Below are positions 12,767 to 25,723 of a stretch of DNA of 64,000 nt, piece after piece. Both the position numbers and the translations under genes were made by a program. The DNA lies in assembly GCA_050575255.1 (NCBI GenBank), contig JBNZDD010013725.1, positions 11,007,761-11,071,760 on the forward strand, in the 5' to 3' direction. Source of the stretch: Harriotta raleighana (lineage: Eukaryota). The notes under the pieces are model-generated. The model saw nothing but the letters and a program-made list of their open reading frames with translations. It ran no database searches and had not been told where the DNA came from. Within the stretch, counting starts at the first letter, position 1. Every line of letters begins with the position of its first letter.

Positions 12767-15700
12767 TGTGCTCAGATATTTGAGAAAAAATGTAAAATAA
12801 TAAAGTGCCTTAATCTTATCTCATAAATCTATCATGTGTGTATGGCAAGTAAACCAAACTCATTTTCGATAATGGTTTCAATATCACAGTATAATTTATG
12901 ACTTGCATTGTAGAATGAAATTGGTCAGTTTAAGACCAAAGACAGGAAACCGCACACCCCCTCCCCGCCCCAATGTACCGGTTACAGAATCAGTGGAAAT
13001 AGGGAAAATCTCTCTTTATTAAAAAGACTGCTGAGCCTGGAATCTGAAACAAATTCTTAGAACAACACATCCTTGGGGGTTTCCGCAGAAATAATTGTGG
13101 CGCAGACAGTAGCAGGCTGGCATAGCGTGTTGGAATGCCAATACATAGCAATGCATGGTGCTAGGGCAACAAGTCACGACCATCATTTCTCAAAGACCCC
13201 AAGTTCTGATCTGTCGCACTGCTGTGCTGAATCTGTGAGCAAGTGGAACCTCACAGGCACACAAATTCACCCTGCTGCTCTTGCACACTCTCCTAGCAGC
13301 TGCTTCAATGTGCTGTGGGTAGAGGGCAGGACCTTCAGGTCACCACCCACAGCACAGACATCAGAGAATGAAAAATGAGCAAATAATTTGCTCAAACTTA
13401 AAAATCATAGGAATTAATCCACTACATGTACCCAATTTATCGTGGCCTAAGAGACACTGCTCCATTCAGTAACTTTAGTCAGTTTCTTCCTCAGCACTTA
13501 TTATTAACGAAAATAATAAATTTTATGTCATTTCAAAAGTATCATTTAATTTTGCTTTTATAATGTTCTGTTATTTATAATTTGAAATTGTTTTGTATCT
13601 ATTTATAAGGACACATGTGTAAACCAAATGGAGCAAAACAGCACATCAACAAATTGGTGACTTGACGCATTTGGAACAGAGAAATTCACTAACTATGATT
13701 TTAAGCACTGTAAAGGCAATTCTATTATTTGTCATGACTGAAGTATCATTCAATGGCTGCAGTCAGATCTATATAACAGAGATGTTTAAACTAAAACAAG
13801 CTTTGTAACAGTGGGGTGCAATTTGTGTTATTGTTTCCGATACTATAATAATGTGTTCGATGCTATAATAATGAATATCAAATGTATTTCAAAACTTTGC
13901 AAATCTCACTCGAGTGTAAAATAATTTAATTGCCGGCATTTTGTGGTTTTCCCCATTTATGCGGTATTCCATAATAGTGCCAGCAAAACTGTTTCAAAAT
14001 AGTGATCCCCAGTTTTCATTGCCTGCTTTTACGCCATCCCAGATGTCTGGAACAGGTTAGCAATGCACACAAACTAATAGCTCACCCTCCCATGATGAGC
14101 AGTAGCTTATCCTACCAGTGGCGAACCTTTATATCACTTCAACCTGCCTTACAGTTCTTTAGGTGGGTCATGGAACTTTCCACAGGAACATTGGATGAAT
14201 TTGGGGCTGTCCAGTGGCAGCCTGGCAAGTGTCAACTTGCCTGGATGAGCAGCATTTTCGCCTCCAAGTCAGAAATTTGTAGATTCAAACTCAATGGTGC
14301 ACTGGTAAACAATCCTCCACTTTAATGGTAGATTGTAGGACCTGCTCTTCTGAAGAATATACAGTCACCAAATATGACAATAATTCTCTATGAAGCACTT
14401 TGAGATTTATCAATATCATGTTTCTTATGTTAAAAGCAAGGATTATTATCTAGAGATAAGGTAGTGAGAGAGATTCCATGTACAGTGAACTGTAATACAA
14501 TGGGCCTTTGCACACTTAGCATGTGGTTAGAAACTGTCATGACTTATTTCTGAAATAACAAGTTAACTGGGCTTTTCAGCTTCTGAAATTGGTAGAAACT
14601 CCTGCTGAGTTTGGGAGACCAGCTGCAGGTAAGAAGGTTTTTGTTTTTAATTTTAAACGTATTAAGAGAGCTTTCTTTTTCTTACAGAACAATAACGTGC
14701 TTTAAAGAGAAACTTGAGGATAAGGCCATTTGAGCAGACTACGTGCAAATGAAAGGAGAAAGGAATTTTGCCATTTAATAAAGTACTTTGAAAGGCTAAA
14801 CATGTCAGTGAGGTAAAGTGGGCTAGCAACAGTTCCAGGAAGTTCCTTTGTTTTCCAAAAGGAATTGGTCTGCCTTTTCTGGTCTGATCAATAGGAAAAG
14901 GATTCACATATATTCACTCTTCAGGTCGTCTATTTAAACCAGTTGTTAATCCATTCGAGTGCTTCTGAGATAAAGGGTCTGAGAAAGTGCTCGAACATGA
15001 AAAACACAGCACAAATAGCACAAAAGAAATAGCTTGCAATGTAAAGTGTATCTCACACAAGAAAACGTAGTGTGTCACACCAGCCTGCAAGACTTTGCAC
15101 TGAGGAGTTCTGCCTGTCAGAGTAGAGGGCTTGGGGAGTAAGGAAACTTACCCAACATTTCAGCCTGTGCAAACTTCGCCAGCCCATCCTCTACAGCTCT
15201 CTAAAGCTTATTCATCCTTTTCTTCCCTTTTGCAAAGGGATCTGCGGCTTTGGGCATCGTGGGATTTCTGTCCACTGCAGCTCTATTCTAAAGGTTGCTT
15301 GCTTTGCTACCTCGTGCCTTAAAAAACATCCTAAAAATCAGGATTTTGTGAGCTACCAATTAACACATAGTTAACATGGGGATGAGTGATTGACCTCCTA
15401 CGGAATGCAAACCTAGGTTGAATCTGATCTTCTGTAACAAGTGTTCCCTCTTTTAGGTTAGAGGCAAAATCAGTATCAGGTTCAGCACCATGTTTTAGCA
15501 CTGCAAATAATTTTAAAATTCGTCAATCACATCAGCGTCAATCACCATCTGAAAATATAAATAGTGTAATTTCAAAGAATTATGCAGATTTTTGGCTATT
15601 ATACCAGCTATTGAGGATATTATGTCTGATCCTTTGTCAGAATTTTCTTAAAATGTTCTAGTGTTCTCTTTCATATGCATTCAAATAATGCGTTACTGCA

Positions 15701-15950
15701 CAATTCAGTCAGTGCCTCTGAGGCTCTGATTAACCATATGAATATTTCTAGTCAGCTTCTTAAAAGTTTGTTCTTTGCAAATGTCATGCTATCTGCGATA
15801 TACCTATTTGGAATGGAAAACAAAATGAAGATTGTTTTATTCAGTAGTATAAAGCAGCTTTGAGTATACAGTGTGGACATTACTCCAAACTGTGGGACAC
15901 ACCTTATACGTAGCTTGACCTGTTACAGTTCTGAATTACATGTTACTTAC

Positions 15951-15992
15951 CTGTGATTGATAATCTTCTGACTAAAAAAGCTATGAACAACC
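15951..15992 (-). other. candidate micro-exon (21 or 42 nt)
   Basis: Minus strand: CTTTCCACAG|..GCTTTTTTAG|TCAGAAGATTATCAATCACAG|GTAAGTAA. Perfect donor and two acceptors 21 nt apart. Confidence 0.2.
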
Positions 15993-16729
15993 CTGTGGAA
16001 AGCTGTCATCTATGTGATCAAGAGTGTTTGCCATTTGTGTAGTCACAACATTGTTTTCACTTTTCATTTGCATAGCAAAATACGATTGCATGTTTGCAGG
16101 CCTGGCCCCATCAGATCCCTCATGCACTCATAGACATGCTGAGATGTTTACCCACAAATACATTCATAACTGTAGACCAACCCAAAATAACTGTTGACTA
16201 AATATAAGTCGATCTGTACATTAATCCATACAAAAATGCACACTGGTGAACTAGTCTGTGAATCAGGCAATGGGTACAATGCCGCATTCAATGTCAGCAT
16301 GTGCACTAATATCATATTGACAATGTAAATCTGTGATAGGATAACATGTATATCACAGCCTCATGTACATCTAATATCTTTTTTTAAATTATAATTGCTG
16401 CCAGATATGAAATAATGCTTGTGCTACCTTTCGAGAAGCCCAAGATCTGCCTCAAAAAAAGGTGCACTCGCAGGACCAGTTAGTGAATGGTTCAACTGCA
16501 TCTGGACTCAGTGAGTGAGGACAATTTAAACCGGCACAGAATATCAGCCCGAAACATCGGGGGGAATTTGGAAATCATTCTATAAATAGAAGGAAGGACC
16601 AATTGGGGATTCTTTTCCAGATTGGGTTAATCATGTGTAAAAGTGTACTGCCGCATTTAATTCCTGTGTGTATTTAACAAACATTGCAGAAAACTAATAG
16701 AAGGCAAAATGAATAGTACTGAATATAAC

Positions 16730-17074
16730 AATAACAATAATCCTTGCATTTAATATATTGAAATGCCTTATCATGTCTTCGAGACACAGAATATACTGTA
16801 ATGCGAATTGACTGTACTATATATATATATATATATTGTGGGCGATATGCACAGACAATTGCACACAGCAGTATCTCCCAAACAGTTTGGGATTTAAGGG
16901 ATTATTACTCCCGGATAAGCAATCCGCCAATCGATTAAAAACTGGGTTCCTATTCACTGCTAGGTAAACAGAGGTGTACGGAGTAAGGAAAGTTGCCTAA
17001 TGTTTCATCCTGCCCGGGAATCAAACCAGGTCCTCTTGCTTGAAATGCTCCAACCAATATGCTACAGGATTCCA
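16730..17074 (-). mobile_element. tRNA/Deu SINE, long form
   Basis: Tail, Deu core, GGGTTCCTATTCACTGCTAGGTAAACAGAGG insert and head GCTACAGGATTCC. It contains (TA)n at about 16818-16836. Confidence 0.8.
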
Positions 17075-17079
17075 TTATA

Positions 17080-17623
17080 CAGTAAAACCCAATTTTTCCA
17101 TGACCCAATGATCCAGAAAACCCATTGAACCGGAACCTCAAAAAAAAGTCCCAATTCGATAAACCGGAAGTTATCACAGTGATGACACATTTAATGAATC
17201 GACTGTCGCACGTGAGTACTGGTGCAGGTACTCGGCTGGCCGTTAGTCGAGCCTAAACTCGCTCCTGCTCCTTTTAAAAGTCGCGATACTGCCGTTTTTT
17301 TTCCTCTGTGGGTGGGGGCCACCATTGCGAAGTTAAGTATAAATAATAAAGTATTAATATAATATTCTATTATTATAGTATCTGTTATTAGTGTATTTAG
17401 TCTTTTATTTATATAGCATTGTTCAACATTCACAATAAAGTAGCTATACAATATTCTGTTATTACAGTATCTGTTATTACTGGATTTACTCTATTATTTA
17501 TATGGTACAGTGTACAAAATTTACAATAAAATACCCAATTTTTTAAAAAAAACATTCAATCAGAAAACCGTTCAACCACCACTGGCCAGGTCCCGTGGGT
17601 GCCGGATAAACGGGATTTTACTG
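17080..17623 (+). mobile_element. complete Tigger/pogo-like MITE (544 bp)
   Basis: TA|CAGTAAAACCC...CGGGATTTTACTG|TA. Imperfect TIRs of about 28 bp, TA target duplication, AT-rich interior and no transposase. Confidence 0.85.
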
Positions 17624-18271
17624 TACTAAGCTCTCCGCCAATCTAAATGCATTACTGTACTTTACAACACAGTCATCTATTTGTGCTCAACAGGATTCAG
17701 AAGCAGTGACACTGGTCCATCTAATCAAGTTATTTTGTAGTTGATGAATCTCAACAGCCTTCAATAAACACTATGTTTATGAATATATCTTGCTTAACAT
17801 AATCATCATTCATATACAAGCTGTTAAAAAAAAAAAAAAATCTCTTTGTCTTTATTCTGTGTGTTTTCATTAATAATTGACAAAACAAAGGAAGGTGCCC
17901 TGGCTTGGAGCTGTGCCTTATCACTTTAATATTAACTGGTTTATTTTGCTGAGCAGTAACTTCCTGAGTACAGCGGAACTGAGCAACTATTCATTGGAAA
18001 TCTTGTGAATTATTACACTGAAATTAATCAATTTTCACTATGAATTTCTATCATGTCAAAGAAATAAAATATATTATTGTAATTATTCTGAANTGAGCAA
18101 CTATTCATTGGAAATCTTGTGAATTATTACACTGAAATTAATCAATTTTCACTATGAATTTCTATCATGTCAAAGAAATAAAATATATTATTGTAATTGT
18201 TATTATTTTGGGCGATGATATTATTTGGGGTGATTTATACCCAAGAATTTCAGTGCTGTGCGACATCTTGT

Positions 18272-18588
18272 GGAGTCCTGTAGCTCAGTGATTAGAGGAC
18301 TAGCCTCAGAAGTAAGAGACCTTGGGTTTGATTCGCTGCAGGTCAGATCGAAACCATGGGCAAGTTTCCTTGCTCCACACGCCTGATGATAATCCCTCAA
18401 GAAAAAACAATAATAAATTGGTCATTTCAATCCACGACTGTTTGTGGGACACTGCTGTGCGCAATTGGATGTCGGGTTTTGCCCACAAATATACAGTCAA
18501 TTCACTTTATAATATATTCAGTGAAGCGCTTTAAGACATCTAGAAGATGTGAAAAGCGCTATATCAAATGCAAGGATTATTATTATTA
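18272..18588 (+). mobile_element. tRNA/Deu SINE, short form, full length
   Basis: GGAGTCCTGTAGCTCAGTGATTAGAGG...GACTGTTTGTGGGACACTGCTGTGCGCAATTGG...AAATGCAAGGATTATTATTATT. Confidence 0.9.
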
Positions 18589-19464
18589 TCCACATGACTT
18601 AAACACGCTGTATAAATATAAATGTGTTGGTGTTGTTGTTTTAATGAAGTTTTACTCCGGGGGGTAAAGAAACATGGAGTTCCTGCGGCTCAGCACGATG
18701 TACTACCAGTTACCAGAATGTTTCTCTATTTGTGACTCTGAGTTCCCTATTAAACAACTCATGTTACAAATCTATGACTCTGACATTTCTTCCAACATCA
18801 ATGTACAAAGAGCAAATCAATAAACATCCCCATCCTCTTTTTTTCCCAACAAACTCTTTAAAGTCATTCCATTTTTAAAAATGGTTATTATTCAGTAAAT
18901 TCGCTGAATTCCCTGTAGTAAATAAATTAAACCCGAAAACCTCTAGTGGCTGCATTTCTGATGTGGAGTATTGATGCTGGACAGTCAGCCTCATTCCCGG
19001 ATGTGAGTTAGCCTGGTGGTGCAGAGCCAGACTGTTTGCTCAACCAAATGTGATGATTTCAAATGTGCAGGGCCACTGTTAGCAGCTTTATCCAGTGTCA
19101 CAGGGCACAGGGAACAAATGAAACCAGATAGGATGCATCTCACCTGAAGACAGCAGCTGGTGCTCCGGGCAGGAAAGCGGAGAAATAAATCCCTCAACAA
19201 CAACATATAGCCAATGTGTAGTCTATGATACCATGTTAGCAGGTAACTTGGGCACTTAGTGTTCACTTGTGGTTTATTTGTCTTTCATTTTTCTCTTCCA
19301 CTTTTCTCAGCCCCTCTTCTTCTGTTCCCTTTCTTCCTTCTAATGAGATATTGTTGCACAGACACCGGTCGTCACCCTTTCTTACCTCAGCCAAGCAATC
19401 GTTATTCACAGCTGAGGCCAATGCTGCTCTCACACGGGTTCCATGCATGCACACCTCTGACTGT

Positions 19465-19720
19465 GCTCTCAGATTAGTGATCATCCAATACTCCACCGCC
19501 CACATTCTCACCCACACCAAACTTCGTATCCCGATTATCCCAGTCCTTGCCAAATTCCATTGGCTCCCTGTCACAGAGCAGATAGACTTCAAGATCCTTA
19601 CTCTAGTGTTTAACTACTTCCATTCTTTGGTACTGCCCTGTCTCCATAACACCCTCTTTCTTCACAGAAGTACCCAAGGGCCTCCACTCTACTGGGTCTG
19701 GCCTCCTCCTTGTCCCCCAA
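19465..19720 (+). mobile_element. L2 LINE ORF2 C-terminal fragment
   Basis: Translation IIQYSTAHILTHTKLRIPIIPVLAKFHWLPVTEQIDFKILTLVF matches the L2 motif LQLIQN.AAR..T....HITP.L..LHWLPV..RIDFK. Confidence 0.8.
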
Positions 19721-19980
19721 ATTTGATGTCCTTCAAATGCGACATTAAACTGAGTTCAGGTTGTCATCGGAGATTACATGGCAGAATTCAAAAGGAGAAG
19801 GAAGTTTCTGCTGGTGTCCAGGAAACAAAAATTGTTTATTCATTGCATGGCTGTTTATGGAATATTGTTGGGCACAAATTTGCTGCTGTGTTCACTTACA
19901 AATACAGTTACTGCTAAACTTACTAAATGTTATCCTCTTGGTGGGCGGGTGGGGCGGAGATAAGCAGGGTCTCTTGGAGT

Positions 19981-20869
19981 TGAATTAGCTACAAAGGGAC
20001 TTCGACAGATTAAATGAATGGGCAAAGCTGTGGCAAATGGAGTTCAATGTAAGGAAGTGCAAGGTCATCCACTATGGATTGAATAAAGATAAAGCAGAAT
20101 ATTTTCTTGATAGGGAGGGACTAAGAACTGTGGAGGAGCAAAGAGATTTGGGTGTCCATATCTACAAAACACTAAAAACTAGTTCCCAGGTACAAAATGT
20201 AATCAAAAAGGCAAATGAAATGTTGTCCTTTATTTCGAGGGGCCTGGAATACAAAGGGGAAGAAATAATGCTTCAGCTGTAAAGAGTGTTAGTCATCCCC
20301 ATCTGGAGACTGCAGTTTTGGCCACTGCACTTCAGGAAAGATATACAGTATTGGCCCTAGAGGGGGCGCAGCGCAGGTTCACCAGAATGTTGCCAGGCCT
20401 AAAAGGCCTGAGGAAAATTATGAGTAAAGGCGGTGTAAACTTGAATTGTATTCTCTTGAGTTTAGATGGTTGAAGGGTGATTTGTTTTAGGTGTTTAGGA
20501 TGAGAAAGGGATTTGATAGGGTAGATAGAGTCGAGCTATTTCTTCTGATCGGGAATCCAAAACAAGGGAGCATTACCTTAAAATTAGAACCAGACCATTT
20601 AAGAGTGAAATCAGGAAACATTTTCTTCATTCAAAGAATGGCAGAAATCTGGAACTGTGTCCCTGAAAGGTTGTGGATGCTGGATCTATCCCATCTTCAA
20701 GAGTGAGGTTGATAGATTTTTGGTAGGTCAGGGTATCAAGGGATATGGGGAAAAAGTGGGAAATTGGAATTGGTAGGATTAGTTGAGGTACAGATCAGCC
20801 ATGATCTAATTGAATGGTGGAGCAAACTCGAGAGACTGTATGGCCTTCTCTTAATCCTCTGTTCCTAGA
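19981..20869 (+). mobile_element. 5'-truncated CR1 LINE (ORF2 C-terminus and 3' UTR), frameshifted
   Basis: LQRDFDRLNEWAKLWQMEFNVRKCKVIHYG...EQRDLGV...KKANEML, with 3' UTR GATCAGCCATGATCTAATTGAATGGTGGAGCA. Possible TSD CTCT(T/A)GGAGT at 19971-19980 and 20870-20879. Confidence 0.92.
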
Positions 20870-20874
20870 CTCTA

Positions 20875-21125
20875 GGAGTATCCCAATGCACACTCTGGGG
20901 TTCCCAAGCCTTAGTTCTTGCTAACCTGTGCCTAATACTTTCAGGAATTGGGTAAGCAGGATGAATCCCTGCAGGGAGAGAGTGTGCATTCCATTTCAAT
21001 AATTTATCTCTGGGATTTCCATGTGTGGGGGGATGCATGGAATTCTCAGTTTGGTTTGGATACGCTTAAGCATGGTGATGGGATTATGCATGTGTCAGTC
21101 ACCCAGCTGACCAAACAACAAATTG
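20875..21125 (+). repeat. unclassified dispersed repeat, copy 2
   Basis: CACTCTGGGGTTCCCAAGCC...TTGGTTTGGATACGCTTAAGCATGGTGATGGG..GCATGTGTCAG..CAGCTGACCAAAC. Confidence 0.7.
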
Positions 21126-22033
21126 CAGGAAATTCTGTGAAATGTTTTGAGATGTTTCGATAATGTGACAAGATGTTACATCCAAATGCACCTGTTATTA
21201 TTATTGTAAACCAAAAGTGCAAAGCTTGAGGGATTCCTTTGAATCATTAGAAACCATAAAGTAAGATTGGTTGCTCATAAAAACCTTCATCCCTTGCAGC
21301 TTTTATACAACAATGTTAACCTGAGTATGTAAGATGCGATCTATGTGTCACTGCCTATGATGCCAACTCTGGCACTTCTGTCCAAATTTGGTCACATTGA
21401 TAGCTGTTAGGGTCCCTTCAGTTGAGGTGCAATACCCACCTCACTGAAAGGTTGCACGGTTGTCACAAGTACTAAGGTTACAGGAATTGATGCTGTCCTG
21501 GAAATAACCGTGCTGTTTATATGTGTTGTGTGGAATATATAATTACTTTAAAGTCACAAACCTAACAGTGTGAAGATGAGCGGAATCCGTTTGTTAGTAA
21601 ATAAATTCGGCTGAATCTGGACAAAGGCGCAACTAATTTGCCAGAATATTTTCTGCTTGAATAAATATTGTGCACGGCTCAGAAATTTCTGCATTATGAA
21701 AGTGAATGGGAACGTTCATTGGAATTTTATGGTTAAATCGAGATTATCCATGGCTTGGATATGTGTTTAGTCAGGCATCACAGTATTATTTGAATACTAT
21801 GGATATTAGAAGGAACAAAGCTTTTTCTTTCGTATTAGAGATGGCATTTGGACACCAACAATTAATTGTTTACTGACAGAAAATGATGTATATTCTTTGC
21901 AAAAATCTCTGCAATAAACCATTGAAAAGGGACACACTGTGATGGGATAATCAATGTATGTTTTACAAGACCTTTAAAAAACATCCACTACAATAGTTAG
22001 GACTTCACTTCTGAGCATCAAAGACATATTAAT

Positions 22034-22305
22034 CATGCAGGCCAAAGCAGAGGTCAATGGTCCTAGCTGGACTAGCAGCAGGAAACTGGCCACTGTTCAC
22101 AACCCCAGCTAACACTCTGAGGTCTCAAAGCTTTGCCTCTTTTCGGGATGAGATAAGCACAGTGTATCCCTCCAGAGAAGGCACACTCTTTCCATTCCAG
22201 ATAAAGGGAAGGTTGCATGCAGATGAGGAATTCTCAGTTGTCTGGTTTGGATACTCTTAATCATAGGGATGGATTTCCTTGCATGTCAGACACTCACTGA
22301 AAAAA
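22034..22305 (+). repeat. unclassified dispersed repeat, copy 3
   Basis: GCCAAAGCAGA..TGGTCCTAGCTGG...TCTGGTTTGGATACTCTTAATCATAGGGATGG..GCATGTCAGACAC. Confidence 0.7.
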
Positions 22306-22451
22306 CCCATTAACAAACCTACAAAGGTCTCCTTTGTTGTGATCTTATTAAGTACATGCTACAATTTTTGTAATACATTAAGATATTAATCCATAAAGGT
22401 TGAACTTAATAAAAATGTTACATACTGTATATAAAAAATGGCAATTGTCTA

Positions 22452-22760
22452 TCGGATGAAATGTAAAAACAGGGTCTCATCTGCCTGTTCAGGTAGACAT
22501 TAAAGATTCTGTAGCACTATTTGAACAGGGAAGGAGGTTTCTCCTCATGACCTGGTCAGCAATCTCCCAAATAAATTTATCAATAATAAATCGGTCATTT
22601 TCAATCCACGCCTGTTTGTGGTACACCGCTGTGCACAATTGGCTGCCGTGTTCACCCACAAATATTACAGTCAATTCACTTTACCATATATTCTGTGACG
22701 CGATTTGAGACGTCTAGAAGACGTGAAAAGGACTATATCAAATGCAAGAATTTTTATTAT
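22452..22760 (+). mobile_element. DeuSINE with SacSINE1-like middle and SINE2-type tail
   Basis: GGATGAAATGTAAAAAC..CTGCCTGTTCAGGTAGAC, then the Deu core and GTGAAAAGGACTATATCAAATGCAAG. Confidence 0.75.
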
Positions 22761-23450
22761 CAATCAGGGTCAACATTGCTGAGCAAAAATTGGTTGCCAT
22801 GTTCATAAAACACAGTAACTCCACTCCACAGTAGAATGCCATCAAGCATTTTGAGATTTTTTGATGACAATGCAAATTATTTTAAAAAAGGGGGCAGTGG
22901 ATGAGAATTCGAACTAGTTTATGGTTGGGTGGAGATATTGAAGCAGTATTATGTGACATAGCTCCTATGATACCACCTTTCTTGGACCACAAGGGATTGC
23001 TAGAGCTAGAGAACACCATCCATCTGCTCCTATCACAGCAAACATGGGCTGTGAATAGTTATAATAATCTGATGTAATCTGATACCAGATTTAGCCACTT
23101 TCACTGGCAACACAACCCATATTGCGGAATCTACATTAAAAGAATATAATTCAATTCATTGATTAATTTCAAACATTTTGCAAAAGTTTCTTTATTTTTT
23201 TTGAATTGCTACATGAAGAAATATTATCTTACATAGTTATTACAGCAGTGGGGAACTTCACATAAACTGAGTCTCAAAGAATTTGTGTGTTTATAAAGGC
23301 AACAAAGGCAATTGGTTTCTTTAACATGCCCACTGGCACCTTCTAATCTGTCTCCCGTGTTCTACCACTATCCCTGTGAAGCACGACCCTTACACGAAGG
23401 ATACATTAGAAATATAAGTTGCTGTTGTTGTGTGCCAGGAAGCAGGGCCT

Positions 23451-23757
23451 AATAATAATCTTTGCATTTGATATAGCACTTTTCACGTTTTCCAGACTTC
23501 TCAAAATACAGAATACGGAGTAAAGTGAATTGACTGTATAATATGTGGGCAAAATGCGTCAGCCAATTGTGCACAGCAGTGTCCCACAAACAGTCATGGA
23601 TTGAGTGTTCAAATTATTATTGGGTTTTTTCTCTTGAGGGATTATTATCAGGCATATGGAGTAAAGAAATTTGCCCAAGGTTTCACCCTGACGGGAATCG
23701 AACCCGGGTCTCTTGTTTGCAAGATGAGTGCTCTAACCACTAAGCTTCAGTACTCCA
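23451..23757 (-). mobile_element. tRNA/Deu SINE, short form
   Basis: Tail, core and head (GGGAATCGAACCCGGGTCTC..GAGTGCTCTAACCAC) are all present. Confidence 0.88.
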
Positions 23758-24390
23758 CAAATGAAGAGTAGCAATAGAATGTGGTTTGAAGATGGGCTAT
23801 TAAATCATGAACTAGTAGTAATGAATAAACACTTTTCAAATGGACAGGTACTCAGAATAATGTGATCCATAAACAATTAAAAGGATTAAAGAATCAACCT
23901 GTATTTTAGACAACTCTGTTTTACTGGCTGAGAATAGTTTCATGTGTTTTAAACAAGCGCCAGACAAATGGCTGCTGTAGTTTGAAATTTACTTTATATG
24001 GCAATTATCTTTGTAATTCTAAATGTTTTCACTAACAATTACTGCAAACAAGCAGCCAGAGGGTCAAAGATTAAGCGGCATCATTTATTTTATTGTTTTA
24101 AACTGATTTCAGAGGAACTGTTGACCAGAGAACCAATACTGTGATTTCAGCAGTAAGTATTCCCTTAAAAGGTCATATTAGCTGTGGGTGTAATTGTAAT
24201 AATCCTTGCATTTGTTACTGCGGCTTTCATATCAGAAGGCTATCTCAAGGTGCTTCTATCTGCTATCAAGCTTCCCGTTTACAAACAATTGTAGTTGGTC
24301 CAAATTAACTTAAACTCAGCACATAACCTGTGGTCACACCCGTGAGCTCTGATTAAATATTGGTGTCCATGGAAGGCTGTACACTTAAAG

Positions 24391-24603
24391 GGGCTGAAAA
24401 TACTAGGAAGAACATTTCCTGTTCAGAATTCCTCCTCCCAGACTTTCGTTTCCCTCTAACAACTTTTGCAGGTGTTCCATATTGGTGGTGGGGGGAAGAT
24501 GATGAGAAAGATTCTGATTATGACGCTGGTGTTTTGCGTTACAGTTAAACCACGAATGTGAAATCAGAGTGGGACATAAAACCCTCGTGAGAATTTTCAG
24601 CAC
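24391..24603. mobile_element. old MITE
   Basis: GGGCTGAAAAT ... ATTTTCAGCAC inverted ends (10/11 match), with no coding capacity. Confidence 0.4.
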
Positions 24604-25014
24604 ATTTGGTGCTGTGTGAATTTGTTTCTTTGGCAATGGTTTAGTTGCACTGTGGTTCAGATCACTTTGTGCATGGAATACAATACAGTGTAATGTGTAG
24701 ATGGCTATTCTCAAAGGACATAAGCCTGAGTCATTCCCTCCTGTCACCAGACACCACAGGTAATTGCTGCTCAGTAAATCTTTATCAACAAATTCTAAAA
24801 TATATCTAAAAAACAAACATGAATAATTCCTGCACATTCACACCACATAATATTGTTTAATCATATTTCCCTTGTATTCTTTGCCATCTCTTTATCTCAG
24901 TTTTTATCCTCCTCGGGCTGCACTTGGTAATTGAATTATCAAATTTACATGCTTTCATAACTCATTAGTTAATATTTGCAGGTAGACTTTACACAATTGT
25001 GTGTATATACAATA

Positions 25015-25321
25015 ATATAATAATAATCCTTGCATTTGATATAGCACTTTTCACATCTTCTAGACGTCTCTAAGCTCTTCACAGACTATACTCTAAAGTG
25101 AATTGACTATATTTGTGGGCTATATGCAGCAGACAATTGCGCACAGCAGTGTCCCATAAATAGTCATGGATTGAAATGACTAATTTATTATAGTTTTTTT
25201 TTGAGGGATTATTATCAAGCATAAGGAAACTTGCCCAAGTTTTCGCCCTGACCTGCCTGGATTCGAACACAGGTCTCATGCTTGTAAGGTGAGTTCTGTA
25301 TTCACTGAGCTATAGGACTCC
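25015..25321 (-). mobile_element. tRNA/Deu SINE, short form (CATGAGACCTGTG subfamily)
   Basis: CCTGCCTGGATTCGAACACAGGTCTCATGCTTGTAAGG head, plus core and tail. Confidence 0.88.
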
Positions 25322-25723
25322 AGGCAACCCTCAGTATATTTCTGAGAGAACATGCAGGTCACCTTCTCACTAAACCTCAACATGATACTGTATCCAGTGT
25401 CAGTTTCAATCAGTTACTAACGCTCTCGTCTCTGGATAGCATCTCTTGTCGGTCTGGATTGTTGGTTTAAGCCGTACACTGGGACATGAGTTTGTAGTTT
25501 AGGCTGACCCGTGTAGTACCAGAGTGCTGTGTTACTATATACTGTATCCAAGATATTATTTTCTGACAGAAATCTATCTGAGACGCTGTCCAGTGTGCAG
25601 GGCAGCATAAAAATCAAAATTGTTGTTGTTTTATCTAATTTGTTCTTCAAGAAGATAATAATCCCTGCTTCCACTCTCACCTTTGTATAACAAGAAACAT
25701 TTAGAAGCATTTTATATATCAAG

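Noticed and set aside
14580-14812. Two plus-strand exon-like segments
   Set aside because: The implied intron is only about 59 nt, no coherent ORF results, and the strand conflicts with the better candidates.
15481-15501. REST/NRSE-like site TTCAGCACCATG
   Set aside because: Only the left half-site matches, and the GGACAG right half is absent.
17980-18198. 105-bp tandem duplication
   Set aside because: A single N at 18093 lies between the copies, so this is an assembly artefact.
18272-18345. tRNA-like sequences (TAC or TGC anticodon loop)
   Set aside because: There is no 3' acceptor strand and each continues into a SINE body, so these are SINE heads and not tRNA genes.
19267-19917. 216-aa ORF, the longest in the window
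   Set aside because: It is a chance read-through of an L2 ORF2 remnant plus a SINE piece. The same applies to the 184-aa ORF at 55208-55762.
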